Position numbers and translations under genes: made by a program
Notes under the pieces: generated by a model
The model's database searches: none
The model's input: the letters and a program-made list of their open reading frames with translations, nothing else
Told to the model about the DNA's origin: nothing
DNA from: Octopus bimaculoides
Taxonomy: Eukaryota
Length of the DNA stretch: 64,000 nucleotides
NCBI RefSeq assembly: GCF_001194135.2
Contig: NC_068984.1
Coordinates: 22,450,913-22,514,912 of the forward strand
Direction: 5' to 3'
In this document: positions 1-13,300 of the stretch, one piece after another
Layout: every line of letters starts with the position of its first letter
Position numbering within the stretch: the stretch's first letter is position 1

Positions 1-101
1 GTACTAGTTTACCACTGGGGTCGATGTAATCGAATTAATCCCCTTTTCTGTCCTTGCTTTTCCCCTCTAGGTTTAGCCCCCTGTGGGCAATAAAGAAATA
101 A
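1..101 (+). mobile_element. 3' part of a tRNA-derived SINE with LINE-like tail
   Basis: 'ctggggtcgatgtaatcga...agccccctgtgggcaataaagaaataa' matches the 3' body and tail of the copies at 36810-36941 (+) and 34407-34642 (-). Confidence 0.75.
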
Positions 102-108
102 TTATTTT

Positions 109-111
<3 letters not shown>

Positions 112-163
<52 letters not shown>

Positions 164-236
164 CGTGCGTGTGTGCGCGTGTATGCGTGCGTGCGTGCGT
201 GCGTGCGTGCGTGAGTGCTTGCGTGCGTGTGTGTGT
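112..236. repeat. (TG)n/(TGCG)n microsatellite
   Basis: Directly visible; explains the HT-repeat ORF 107-301. Confidence 0.95.
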
Positions 237-3136
237 AGTCGACAGATGCAATCCAATGATTTTTGGAATAGAAGACACTTAGTAGCGCTCAAATGATACA
301 AAGTTAGACTCCGATGTCTTTTTAGGGGTCAATTCCACGAGATAACAAATGGTTATAAGAGCGATCAAGTTGAGCAGATAGAGAGGCTATTATGCAGATA
401 AACAAATTAGATATATTATTAAATATAAGTGTTTCGGTTTGAAATACAAAATATGTATATAAGTATACATGCAAAACGAGAGAAAGCATAAAGTGTTCCC
501 CTCTCTAATAAGGCTAGCCCTCTACATTTAATCATTTCATGTTTGAACTTCTCAGCATTATGATTTGAAATGAAAGATGTCTTCTACCCTGATGATGGAA
601 GCTCGTCTTATCCGATGTTGATTGCATCCATTATAACCGCATATTGTGATGGATAACATCTACCAACATTATGATGGATATCCGAACCCCTAGAAACAGC
701 TGTTGGACATATAATAGCTTTCCTCACCCCCTTTAGTTGTCTCTATCGTTTGTACCCCGTGAAACTTGGATCTATTAATATAAATATCTATATATTCATC
801 GTCTAAGTCTCCATATTTTTTGATCTCTTTCGTTTCGCAGTGGAAGAATGTTCCTCATCAGTTATAACTGTTGCGGTTCATTATTCCCAGGAGGGTAGGA
901 GGGTCTAATTAAATCCAGTTAGAACGGTCTTCTTTAGGTAAATATATGATGAAAAGGAATGGTTAAGTGTACCACTTAAACATTCTTTTTGATCATGTTT
1001 ATAAATAGATATATATATATGTATATATATATATATNNNNNNNNNNNNNNNNNNNNNNNNNNNNNNNNNNNNNNNNNNNNNNNNNNNNNNNNNNNNNNNN
1101 NNNNNNNNNNNNNNNNNNNNNNNNNNNNNNNNNNNNNNNNNNNNNNNNNNNNNNNNNNNNNNNNNNNNNNNNNNNNNNNNNNNNNNNNNNNNNNNNNNNN
1201 NNNNNNNNNNNNNNNNNNNNNNNNNNNNNNNNNNNNNNNNNNNNNNNNNNNNNNNNNNNNNNNNNNNNNNNNNNNNNNNNNNNNNNNNNNNNNNNNNNNN
1301 NNNNNNNNNNNNNNNNNNNNNNNNNNNNNNNNNNNNNNNNNNNNNNNNNNNNNNNNNNNNNNNNNNNNNNNNNNNNNNNNNNNNNNNNNNNNNNNNNNNN
1401 NNNNNNNNNNNNNNNNNNNNNNNNNNNNNNNNNNNNNNNNNNNNNNNNNNNNNNNNNNNNNNNNNNNNNNNNNNNNNNNNNNNNNNNNNNNNNNNNNNNN
1501 NNNNNNNNNNNNNNNNNNNNNNNNNNNNNNNNNNNNNNNNNNNNNNNNNNNNNNNNNNNNNNNNNNNNNNNNNNNNNNNNNNNNNNNNNNNNNNNNNNNN
1601 NNNNNNNNNNNNNNNNNNNNNNNNNNNNNNNNNNNNNNNNNNNNNNNNNNNNNNNNNNNNNNNNNNNNNNNNNNNNNNNNNNAGTTGGAAAATAGCTATT
1701 TCTTCATAAAAATAATTTTAAAAGAAGACTCGATATTGATCATATATATATACACTAATATATGCAAGAAAGATACCCAGCCAAATTGCTCTAGATTGTA
1801 AATTTAAATTTGCACTTATAATTATGTTTCTGTTTACGTGAAAAATAATTCAGAAAGAAAAAAGTATCTAAAATATATTGTGGAAATTGAAAATGTAAGT
1901 GCATCGGTGAAAACAGGCATGACATTTTTGAAATTTAATTTATAACACTACTTTTTTTGTCTAGATCCCAAATGTGAAAACATTGTCTCCTGTTTACAAA
2001 CCAAGTTTATAAGAAAACATTTCAAAGACAAGTAAAGAATACATACATAGAAACTGCTTCCAGCAATGTACAGAGAAATGTTCTTTATCAAATAATGTTG
2101 TTTCGCTTTTTTTTTTTTTTTTTTTTTTACTAGAGGCAAGGCCAATTCTTAGAAGAGCTATTGCCATTTTTCGAAACTTTCCTGTTATACTACTAACATA
2201 AAGCTGATTGCAGTTAAATGCTTATTCGCCTCCGGTATTCACTGAACTTAAATGTCTAATGTACAAAATCATTTTCACTGTGTAATGTCATTATATGAAT
2301 AAAACAACAGGATTTACAACAATTACAAGAACTTCTCCTTAGATATTATCACATCAACATTAAATTGTGGATAAGTTAGAAGTTGAGCAGAAATCATGAC
2401 CTTTCTATTTTCATGGCCACTGCTATATAGCGTAGTTATTCTGAGATTGGTTACCTAGCCTGGCCATGCCTCCTAAAAACAACGATGGACAAGATAGTAG
2501 AGTCAAACCAAACATCAAATTGGACCTGAGATCCAATTCTGCTAAGGTCATCTCAATTCAAGAGTGGTGGAAAATCGAGTAACATATCTACCACCTTTTC
2601 TTTATGATCCAAACTGTACAAGATAACGGTAACTTTATCATTTCTAGATTGCAAAGCGAACGGCTAGCATTGTACGTATGGTTTATAACGGAATAAAATA
2701 ACTAACCAATTATTTATTTGAAAGGAAAAGATTATCGCAACCAATACGACAGAACGCTCATTTTCAATATGATAACTATTTTCTACATTTATGTTTGACC
2801 ATTTGACATTTGCAAGTAAATATCAAATAAATCAACAATTTAATTATTAGATACTTGCTTCTAATATATAGTTATTACGTTGTTGGTTATGAGTTTATTT
2901 TTACATTATCTTTTCTCTCTTGTTGCATTGAACGCTAAAAACTCTTGAATATTATACAGTCTTCAGTTGAAGTTTAAACATTTTACATAAATACATCTTT
3001 TAACACAAAAAATGTATTGATTTGGATGTTTATCACTGCTATATGAAATAAACAATAATAATGTTTATCAATACTATTTTCTGTAAGAAATGGAAAATAA
3101 CAGCTACAACAAGATTCATTCTCTTTCCTAATATAT

Positions 3137-3372
3137 AAGGCAGCGAGCTGGCAGAATCGTTAGCATGCCGGGCCCAAAATTCGGGTGAAGGGGGGGGGGC
3201 AGTCGATTACATCAACCCCATTAAGCAACTGGTAATTCATCATAATTTATCGACCCCGAAAGGATGAAAGGCAAAGTCGACCTCGGCGGAATTTGAACTC
3301 AGAACGTAAAGACAGACGAAATACTGCTAAGCATTTCGCCCGGCGTGATAACGTTTCTGCCAGCTCGTCGCC
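3137..3372 (-). mobile_element. Near full-length SINE (-) preceded by a truncated SINE head (+)
   Basis: 3174-3372 is the reverse complement of the SINE consensus, with A-box-like TGGCAGAAACGTTA and B-box GAGTTCAAATTCC. 3137-3173 is a + strand head, 'aaggcagcgagctggcagaatcgttagcatgccgggc'. Confidence 0.85.
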
Positions 3373-3399
3373 ATATGATTATTTAACAATAATAGTATC

Positions 3400-3852
3400 A
3401 AGGCAGGAGCTGACAAAATCGTTAGTGACATTTCGTTCAGTTTAACGTCCTGAGTTCAATTTTCACCAAGGTCGACTTTGAATTTCATCCTTTAGGGGTC
3501 AATAAAATAAGTACCAGTTAAATACTGTGGTGAATGCAATCGGCTTCCCACTCCTCAAAACTGTTGGCCAAAATTTCAAACCAATATTATTATTATCAAG
3601 TAAGGTGACGAACTAACAGAAACGTTAGCATGCTAGGCAAAATGCTTAGCGATATTTCGTCCGAATGTATGTTCTGAGTTCAAATTTAGCCGGGGTCAAC
3701 TTTGACATTCATCCTTCCAGAGTTGATAAAATAGGTTGCAGCTAAACACTGGAGTCGATTTAACTGCCTCAGCCCCTTCCCCAAACTATTTGGCCTTGTG
3801 CTACAATTTGAAACTAATATTATTATTACCAAGATGGCGAACTGGCAGAATC
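3400..3852 (+). mobile_element. Head-to-tail array of degenerate SINEs (two bodies and one head)
   Basis: Copies begin near 3400, 3602 and 3830. The two bodies have B-box 'gagttcaa', the core 'gtcgactttg..tttcatcc' and an (ATT)n tail. Confidence 0.8.
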
Positions 3853-4389
3853 ACCCTAAAATGAAGTAAAAATGTCGTTGGCAATAATAAAACAGATAAA
3901 GACTGTTGCGTAGACTTAATACATTACCCGTCTTAACACTACCTCCATACATATTGCAAGCCTTCAAATCAGATTACTGATTGAAAATAACTTTAACACC
4001 AACCTTGGACAACTTGGAAAGTGTGACGGGTTTTGTCTTTCCAACTCTTACTCATTCACATAAAAGCCATAATCATCTTGTCCTCGGTTTATGTCACCAC
4101 ATTGTTCATTATTTCCTGTCTCTTTCAGCACGCTGTGGTGTGATTTAAAGGACATTTGTCAGTTATGTCTGGGAGGTGGAAGGACAACAAAAATACGATT
4201 CCTTAGTCTAGATATCCCTTTGTTCCATTAAGGAGGTTTGTGTATTTTGGGGAGATCAAGTTGTAATTTCTAACTTTTCAAAATATCCATTTCTCGGTGC
4301 AACTTTGCATTTATATATATAGCTATCCATCTTTTCCTGATACGCAGGTCTCCCTTCTTTCTATATGTATCTCACTCTTTCCGTACACA

Positions 4390-4557
4390 TACTCACACAC
4401 ACACTACACACACTCACACACACACACACTACACACACATACACCACGCACACATACACTCACACGCACACATACACTCTCACACACACACACACACACA
4501 CTCACACACACACGCGCACACATACACCACGCACTAAACTACGCACGCGCACACACA
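4390..4557. repeat. Imperfect (CA)n microsatellite
   Basis: Directly visible. Confidence 0.9.
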
Positions 4558-5066
4558 TTCAAGAGGGGTAACTTCAATGTATAATTTTTTACTAAGCTTC
4601 AAACTGTCAGAAAAGATTTTGGTTTGACTCTACAGGATATGATTCCTATTGATATGTGTATACAAGAGGAACGAGTAATAAGCCTTATGCAATTATTTCT
4701 TGATTACAACACCTGATGGTTCTTCACAAATTACTGACCACGACTTGCTGTACTACGACGACGGGGAAAGAATTTAAGCGATCTAAAACAATATATTTGA
4801 GTACTGATAGGTTTTCTGTGTAGAAATAAACGTACTCCTGTGTATGCACGCGTGTGTCAGTATGTGTGGGACTGTGTGTAAGTATGTGTGTATGTGCAGA
4901 AGTATACTAAGAAAAGCACAAACATCTTTATGTGTATTCACACAAACACACAAACACATACTTGCATACACGTTTACACATACAGACCGAAAAGCACACA
5001 TACTCGATCTCACACTTTTGCTTCTATGTATAAACATGTGTGACTGAATCTCTGTGTAAGTGTTTA

Positions 5067-5068
<2 letters not shown>

Positions 5069-5133
<65 letters not shown>

Positions 5134-5150
5134 NNNNNNNNNNGTGTGTG

Positions 5151-5182
<32 letters not shown>
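5069..5182. repeat. (TG)n microsatellite with an internal 10-N gap
   Basis: Directly visible. Confidence 0.95.
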
Positions 5183-5943
5183 CGCAGTGTGAGCATATGT
5201 GTGAAAGGATAATGAGGGAGAAGGGCGAGAATAAAGGAGAGAAAATGTCTGCGCGTGTCAGGAAAAAAAATAGATAGGTATGCATAGGGAAGCATCGAAA
5301 AATGGATTTATTGAATAATTGATCGATCGATTGATTGATAGTGAAATAGAATGATTTTCTGATTGTTTTTTTTTTTATTTCCATTTCAATTTTACTTCTT
5401 TTAAATATTGGTATTTTACATGACGGGTGGTTAGGGATTCCAATACAAGCGATGAGTATTAGGAGCGATATACTCATAACATGTGATTGTATTATTTTTC
5501 TTCTCCACACTTTTGTATCAAGGTTGACAATTTCCCTCACTCGTAAATCACTCTCATGTGTAATAAAATATCGGGAAAGAGGGGGGAAAAAATCAATCAA
5601 AATAAATGTGCCAAATATGGAATCATGCTGATTGTAATACTTTATGGACATTAAGCCACAAAAGTGTAAAATTGAATATTTTATGTGCGTAGCGAGGATG
5701 GCATGGGTGTAGAGAGAGTGTACTCTACTGTTTAGGATTTATTTGTTGGTGAATTTAAATTTTCTTCATAGTTTTATTCTTTAATTATTTAAAATCATGT
5801 GAAGCATAACAAACTGACATGTTGTTTTTTTTTGTCATATGTGATAGCATATCGTCACTGGATTCAGCACGAACATGCTCATATATACAGGCGCATGCAC
5901 ATGCACACCCAACTGCAAATATAAAAATATACACATTTGTATG

Positions 5944-5975
<32 letters not shown>

Positions 5976-6369
5976 GACACACACATATACATACATACAT
6001 ACATATANNNNNNNNNNNNNNNNNNNNNNNNNNNNNNNNNNNNNNNNNNNNNNNNNNNNNNNNNNNNNNNNNNNNNNNNNNNNNNNNNNNNNNNNNNNNN
6101 NNNNNNNNNNNNNNNNNNNNNNNNNNNNNNNNNNNNNNNNNNNNNNNNNNNNNNNNNNNNNNNNNNNNNNNNNNNNNNNNNNNNNNNNNNNTTTTCTGTT
6201 TCGATTAGAAGACAACATCTTCAACAGAAAATGCAAAAGACATGCTATCGTAACTTATCAAACAGCATAAACTTGGTTTACTTGCTGTGTATTTCATATG
6301 GCGTCGACATTACATTTCGCATATATCGTGTCATTTGCTTTATGCTTTATCTGTGATATATACATATAT

Positions 6370-6406
<37 letters not shown>

Positions 6407-7178
6407 TGTATGTGTATGTATGTATGTATGTATGTATGTGTGTGTTTGTGCGTGTGTATAAAAGCGATATTTAATATATATTGTGTTTATAGATTCCCCT
6501 TTGTCAAATTGTGAATTTCGTGCTGATTTCGAATCATGCAAAATCAATACAAATCGTGAAGTGTGTTTCTGACAAAATATTTGAGCGATACTTTCGAATG
6601 AGTTATGTTAAATGGTCAATAGATATTCTAAGAATATTAAAGGGGTGTAACAGGGCGAGTCACCAATGTAAGTTGAGAGGAGTGTCTCCTATATGTAACG
6701 TGTTCGAATTGTAGCATAATGCGTGTAGTTTGCCTTTTTACAAGGCAGGTCATAGAAGAATCCATTTTCAGTGATTTCTAAAAGAGGCGTGAATAAAGAA
6801 TATTCAGAAGGTAAGTTTATAAAACAAAGTCATTGAAATTTATTCATTTGCGTAATGAGTGCTAACAAGTGGTAACGAGGATTAACCTTGCATATGAATG
6901 GGAACCAAATATATGTATATGCGAGACAGGAAAAGTAGCATGACTTACTATATACTCTGAGGTTTAAAACGAGCAGAGTCGAAGCTGATATTAATCAAAT
7001 GAATTGAGTATAGTTGGAGGTGAAAATGTGACACGTTGAACAAAGCGATTTTGCTTCTATGCCGTCAACTTCGCAACTGGTTTGAAACTGCCGATTCTCT
7101 GCTGTAGTGATTTCTGCTGCTAAGGCAGATCACTGCCGTTTTATTCATACACCTCCAGCTCTGATTGGCTGGAGTCTA

Positions 7179-7250
7179 TCACAGAACAACTGGACTATGG
7201 AACCGTGATGTAATATATCTTTCCTGACTTGCTACACTTTCACCTGCAGA
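7179..7250 (-). CDS. Candidate terminal coding exon (SAGESVASQERYITSRFHSPVVL*) of the unidentified minus-strand gene
   Basis: On the minus strand a very long polypyrimidine tract ends in tttcag at 7251-7252. A phase-0 frame of 23 codons follows, then TGA TAG, with AATAAA at 7145-7140. The phase is compatible with the exon ending at 24901. I recognise no homology. Confidence 0.3.
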   Translation of the reverse strand, partial: SAGESVASQERYITSRFHSPVVL

Positions 7251-7604
7251 CTGAAATTCGATATAAACAAGAAAAGGGAATGAGAAAAATGCAAAGCAAA
7301 ATAGAAGAAAAGAAAAATTGTTCAAACAGTGGAAAGAGAAAAAACGAATACATTAACCAAAACAAGCATGCAAATACAAGGCAGTTAAAGGCTCGCGAGT
7401 TCATTTATAAATTGCTTCTCAAAGTCTTTTGGGTCAACGGACATGACAACCGCTGCGAGTTGTTGTAACGTATCTTGGTGAAAGTGGGAGAGATGTTTGT
7501 GGAGCAGTTTGTATAGAGGCAGAATGTTTGTGGAGTGGTGTGTGCGGGGGGAGGTATGGGGCTCCGAGGTATTAGCATCTGTGTAGGCTTTTTTAAGTCT
7601 AAGA

Positions 7605-8000
7605 ATGGAGAATGTGACTCATTAAAGACAATAGTAAAATGTTTGTCGGGGCGTGCAAGCACGCGATAAGGTCTAGAGTATGGTGGAATAAGAAGAAATC
7701 TCACTGCGTCATTTCTGACGGATACATGGGTCCACGAGGCAATGTCCCTCGGTACCGAAGGTTTAACGGCTTGGTGCCGGCTGTTCATGGGTGGCAGAAC
7801 TTGAAAGTACGAACACAGGCGGTTCACATAAAGTGCCGGATCCTGAGTAGAAAGATCAACTCGGACAAGCATCTGCGCCGGTAAAGACAAAGGAACACCG
7901 TGTAACAGCTCAGCTGAAGAGAATTCGAAATCCTTCTTAAACGGAGTCAGGATGCCGAGGAGTACTTTGGGGAGGTACTCGCTCCAGCGTTGAGTATCGG
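7605..8000 (-). mobile_element. Gypsy/Ty3 LTR-retrotransposon integrase C-terminal remnant
   Basis: ORF 7405-8025 contains WSEYLPKVLLGI..PFKKD..FSSAELLHGVPLSLP...HVSVRNDAVR..LIPPYSRPYRVLAR..KHFTI. This matches the Gypsy integrase tail pattern W..LP.VLLG.R...K.DL..S.AEL.YG..L.LP...HVF.R.D.V...L.PPY.GP..V. Confidence 0.8.
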
Positions 8001-8099
8001 CAGCCATATTGAAAACGAAATGCATCCATGTAGTTTAGAAGAAAATAAATGAAGCCATTATGTGAAGAGTATATGCAATAGCATTTCCAGAGAATATGT

Positions 8100-10300
8100 A
8101 AATATCAACCCAGTCATACATCGTAACAGTACAAATGCAGACACCATCAAGGTATTGCAGTGATGAAGGAATGGAGAAATTCTATAAAACCTAGGACAAG
8201 AACAAAATGCCATATAACCGTAAGGCAAACATTGATTCAGATACTAAAGAAGGCTTGGTAAAAATTTTACAACGGGCGAATAAGATTATTATAACTGAAA
8301 AAGCAACACAAGCTAAATATAGTAAATTCTGTTTTAAGTCTTCTAAGAGTATTTATCCAATCTTCTAAGCTGTTTTCACAGCTATTCTGTGTTCAAGGAT
8401 ACCTTCATTTTCTGTAGTGTAAATACAGTACATCATCACAAACCGCAAAGGAGAATTATATGGCATTCATCTCGAGAGATACCGAGATATCTAACATCAG
8501 AATCGATTGCATTCTGCAATCAAATTGAGTATAAATGGAGCGTAAATGTCTTTAAGACTTAATATTTCCAGCTGCGGACATAGGTAGCGATTGCGAATTT
8601 TGAGGATGACGTATAGAAGTTAAACTGAAGCCAATCATGCAGAATGAAAATCAAGAGTGGTCTTGAAATATTTAAAGAACGAAGCGTAACAGATATTAAT
8701 GCACAAACAGAAGGAAAATTCGTATTTTCTTATTAGACAGAGATGTGTAAGAATTAACAGGATACTTTGAAGAAATAATAACAACTGTGGCCGATAGAAT
8801 TCTTGGCAATAGGAAGAAAGTTAAGAATCCTTTGATAAATAAAGGTGTTTTTAATCAATTGTGATGAAAGGGAAGATCTGAAACAGAAACGATTCGAAAA
8901 TGAGACAGGAGGAATCGAATATCGATTGGCCAATCGAAAAGTAAACAGGAAATTAGGGCAATCTAAAATACAGGGATTTACTAAAGTTGTGAAGAAAAAG
9001 AAATCAGTCAGAAAGCAAATAACTCGAGTAAATTATATGTAATGCTCAGAGATCTAACCAATGAACGGATACTTAAATGGAAAGTTGTTGAAGATAAATA
9101 CGGCAATCTGCTAACGAAAACAAATAATTTAACTAAACTGTGGAGAGGATATTGTGAGAGACTTTGTAGCCAAAAAGTTGAGGTAGATAATAACGGGCTA
9201 AGAAATGAAGAAAGGAAATTAGATTTGAGAAATATTCAAGAGCCAACTATCACTTCAGTATTTGCACAAGAAATTAAGAAGCTAAAACTTAATAAATCAC
9301 TTGGATGACATAATGCTGAGAGGTAAATATGTCACAGATGTTGTAAAATTTGCGAGAGTTTCACGTATTGCATTGTGAATGACCAAATAAATTGGTAGAA
9401 TTAATTGCTATACTCCCGCCAATGAAGAGAAGTTTCAGAATGTGCTTAAATAATAACTGCACAATTAAAAATAACTGCACAATTAAAAACGCCCTATTAA
9501 TGGGCGATTTTGTTCAATCTTTTACTTACTCGATTGAAATCAACATTAAAAATGTTATCCATTGAAGTACAAGCCAATTTCCAAGATGGAGGAAACACTT
9601 TTGTTCAGATTTGTAAAGTTATCAGAACTTAAAAACCAGTCATTTATCACTGACGCACAAAAATCACTCTTGATCGTTTGCGGCATAAAGTATTACTGTT
9701 TCTTATGAGAAAGTGTAAAAGACTTTACCAATTTCATATAAAAATGAACAAATTTCGATTTTGATTGGCATTAGTTTCAAAAAGAGAGTTGGTGTCTGAA
9801 AGCGGGTGTCTTTCAACATCCTGCTTCAATATTTTAATGATGGGATTCAGCAAATCTGTTGAAGGAGATGTAGAAGTAGGAGGCAATGAAATCAGTAATT
9901 TCAATCTTTTGTATTCATGTTGTACTATGAAAGTTATAATAACTAGAAATTATAAATCATACAATATCTCAATACAACTGCAAGAAGATAAAGATTAGAA
10001 GTACGAGCAGGACAAAAAAGAAAAATATCGATAAATGATGAAAGCACAAAGAAAGACAAACCAACCAAACTAGCAGTGATGCCACTCAAACAATTTGCTG
10101 AATATAATACATTAAGGAAGAACAATTTGTGGAAAATCTGAGAACGAAGTTGTAAAACGTGGGAATGTGCCAGCGACAATGTCTTTAGCGGCATTAAAGA
10201 TGCTTGGAAACATGAGTGCAAATTATAGACGTAAGATGCTGAATGAGAGGAAAGACATCGTGGAGTTTAAAATAAAGTGATATATAAAGATATGTCGGTT
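8100..10300 (+). mobile_element. Decayed LINE (RTE-like; endonuclease linker and RT remnants)
   Basis: Fragments SDEGMEKFY (APE-like), VEDKYGNLLTKTNNLTKLWRGYCERL, EIKKLKLNKSLG and GCLSTSCFNILM...VEVGGNEISN occur in the order expected for non-LTR ORF2. There are many stops and frameshifts, and an 18-bp tandem duplication at 9452-9487. Confidence 0.7.
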
Positions 10301-13300
10301 GCATTCCATATTCTGATACTCTAAAAAGAATTAAAATATATATTGTCGAGAAATCTGTGAAGTACGGAATTTTCCTGCCAATTGTTAAAAGATGAGAATC
10401 GAAAGTTCAAAACGGAAATATGTTCGTAGCTTTCACCAGTTGGCTTAAGATCAAGTCATTTCCTATGGTGCATTTTTAGTATATTCCAAAATATTAGCTA
10501 ATTGATTTCATTGGAGATACCTTCCTTGCTCTTACATTTTTTCTTATAGTTTAAAGGTACCTAGAGGAATAACAACTGTTATAGAATTATAAGTGAATGA
10601 ATGAAATTATCGCTCCTCTTCTGATACTATTTTATTTACGAAACTAATGGCGATGCCCCGGCATGGACATTACCTCTTGTTGAAACCGATTATAGAATAA
10701 TAAACAGTGAGTTGTAAATTAATACTACATTGACAATATGCCTCGATACGTTGCATTTGACAAGCGTATTTGTAATATATCATAATACAGTATATGGTGT
10801 AATTCACAAGAACTTTACAGCATTGTACAAGATGGCATAGCTACATTTTCCCGTGGCATTTCATAATATAACACACTTTGCAATTAAAGATTGTATTTAC
10901 ATTTTATAGCATTATACATGTAACAGGATTCACCGAAATTTACATTTCACATTATGAAACAGTTTGCAGTATGCAATATTACATTTCATCATGATACAGC
11001 TGCTTTGTGTTTTGTAAAATGCAATTTACAACAATATTTACATGTTTCCGCAATATGATACAGGCTGTAGTTCACAGTAATATGTAAAACATACAATATG
11101 GTGAAGAATAAAGTTTAGATGAAATATTCATTTCTCCAAATATGTTATAGTTTGCAGTGGCAATACAATATCATACTACAGTTTGAGATGTATACTAAAT
11201 ACATATTTAATCGAAACTTTCACTAAAAGCAAAACATTTCGTACATAACTTAGGAGAAAATAGCATACATGACATTTTCTTTTATTATTTAGTAACGTTA
11301 AGTATCTAAAATTCTACTTCTATGTAAATCTACATACAGTTGGCGGTAACTAAATACAGGTTTGGGTAAATATGTTTTGAATGAAATGCAGTACCTTGAC
11401 ACTTGTTAATATTCATAACAAATGGAAAAATAATGAGGAGCTGTTTCCTTTTCAAATAAGAGTTAGTACTGAATCACTTGGAGCAACATTCACTCTTTGT
11501 ATTAACACGTTGTCTCCTATTTTACTGCCAGAAAAAAAAATTCTAGACGCATGGGTGTAGACAATCTGTAATTAAACTGAGTTTTGAAGCAGCTTTTAAT
11601 ATTTCGGAATTAAATTCTCATCGGCTAAAGCTAAAAGATGATTAAATTACGACACTCATAATATAATGTTTATTTAAATTTAGCAATTGTTTCAGTATTA
11701 ATGTGTAGCCCCCATCTCTGTATCTTATAAAATACCTCAAGCATAGCAGCTAAAATATGAATGATTTTTCTTCACGTTCAGGAAATATGGTCATCCTTTG
11801 GTAATGATTCTGCAAATTCAAAATATTTAGGAAACATTAAAAAAAAAAGAAATATTTAGTATCATCTAGTGAATCGCAGCACTCCGTTAGTGAGCTACAG
11901 CACATTTTTGTCTTTTGTCTTCCAGACGTATTCAATGTAATCCTTTTTTATTTCTTTTTCATAGGATTTACAAACCTCCCTCTGTGGTCTGCAAGATATT
12001 TACATTCGACATTTGCTCGTGATATTTCGATGATATTCCTAACTAAACTGGCGTAATTAGCATCAATTTATATTTTGCTTGGAATTTTATAAGATAACGT
12101 TGAAGATTGATAATGAAGTTTCAAAAAAAAGTACAGGAAATGGCATTCATTGTAAAATATCTGTCCTCCTTCCTCAGAACAACACTGACGCTATTTATAA
12201 AACTGTATAGCATATTCCTGCAGCATATTTTACAATATGTTATAACATTTGCACAGGTTTGTTTTATCTGAACCTTCAGGGCTAATATGAAAATGAAACT
12301 TGTTTACCCCACCATATCATCATAACTTTTATCTCACTCAGTCAAATGCGCGCATTTGCAGTTCATTTCAAGCATTGGCTTTACTATGAAAAGAGCAATA
12401 TTTCATACACGAACTTTATTGAAGCCATCATTGAAAATTGACTAATATTCAAGTAATCCTAAGTCGTAATATATTTTAGGTATTTCAAAAAAAAATCACC
12501 ATTTATTCTATGAACGTTACTTTTATTGCAGCATTTAGTAAATAAATCATCAATGATTTCCTCAGAAAGAGAGTGATAAAAAAATGGGAAATATATTAAC
12601 TTCCCCACAGGATTGTGGCTCTGTATTTGTTTCAGAAAATATTAAATCACTTTATCTTGTCATGTCGTGTTAGCCTCAGGTTCTAAACATTAAGATATCG
12701 TCTGATATTTCAATCATTTCTTTCATTGTGTGTTCATTCCACGACTACACGAGAAAGAGAGAAAAAGAAAGATAGAGAGAGAGAGAGAGCGGAAAAGAAA
12801 GTGAACGGAAGAAATAGGTAGCTGGAGAGGGAGAGCGCGGAAGAGAGAGATATAGAGGGAGAGGTTCAGGGACATGGAGATTATATTTTCTGTTATGTAC
12901 ACTTTTGGTGCTCCTATTTCTACTGCAGATTTTGTAAAATCGCTTTATCATATCCAAACAGAAAGATCCAACATCTATCCTCAATCCCTGTATTGACTCA
13001 CCTTATTGAAAACACTTCCCATTGTTCTTAATCCCTTTTTTCGTGGCCTTTCTTCTCTTACACATTCAAATTAAGTTTCTTCTGTTTACATGATATAACA
13101 ACGAAATGTTACATCACAGGATTCTTGAATTCGTGATATTCCAAATTTCCCAGAGCTCAAATCATGTTTTCACATTGACAATCAGATAAATCACTCAACA
13201 GTGGACTATCAACTGTTGTTGCCGAACGAAAATGTTGCGCCCAGTTGTGATTCGTTATTTTAGCCAAGTAATTATCTTGTTTCAGTCTTGAGGAGAGAAA

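Noticed and set aside
4735-4782. 48-nt minus-strand phase 2-2 candidate exon (SLKFFPRRRSTASRG)
   Set aside because: The donor is weak, it lies beyond the candidate terminal exon, and there is no independent support.
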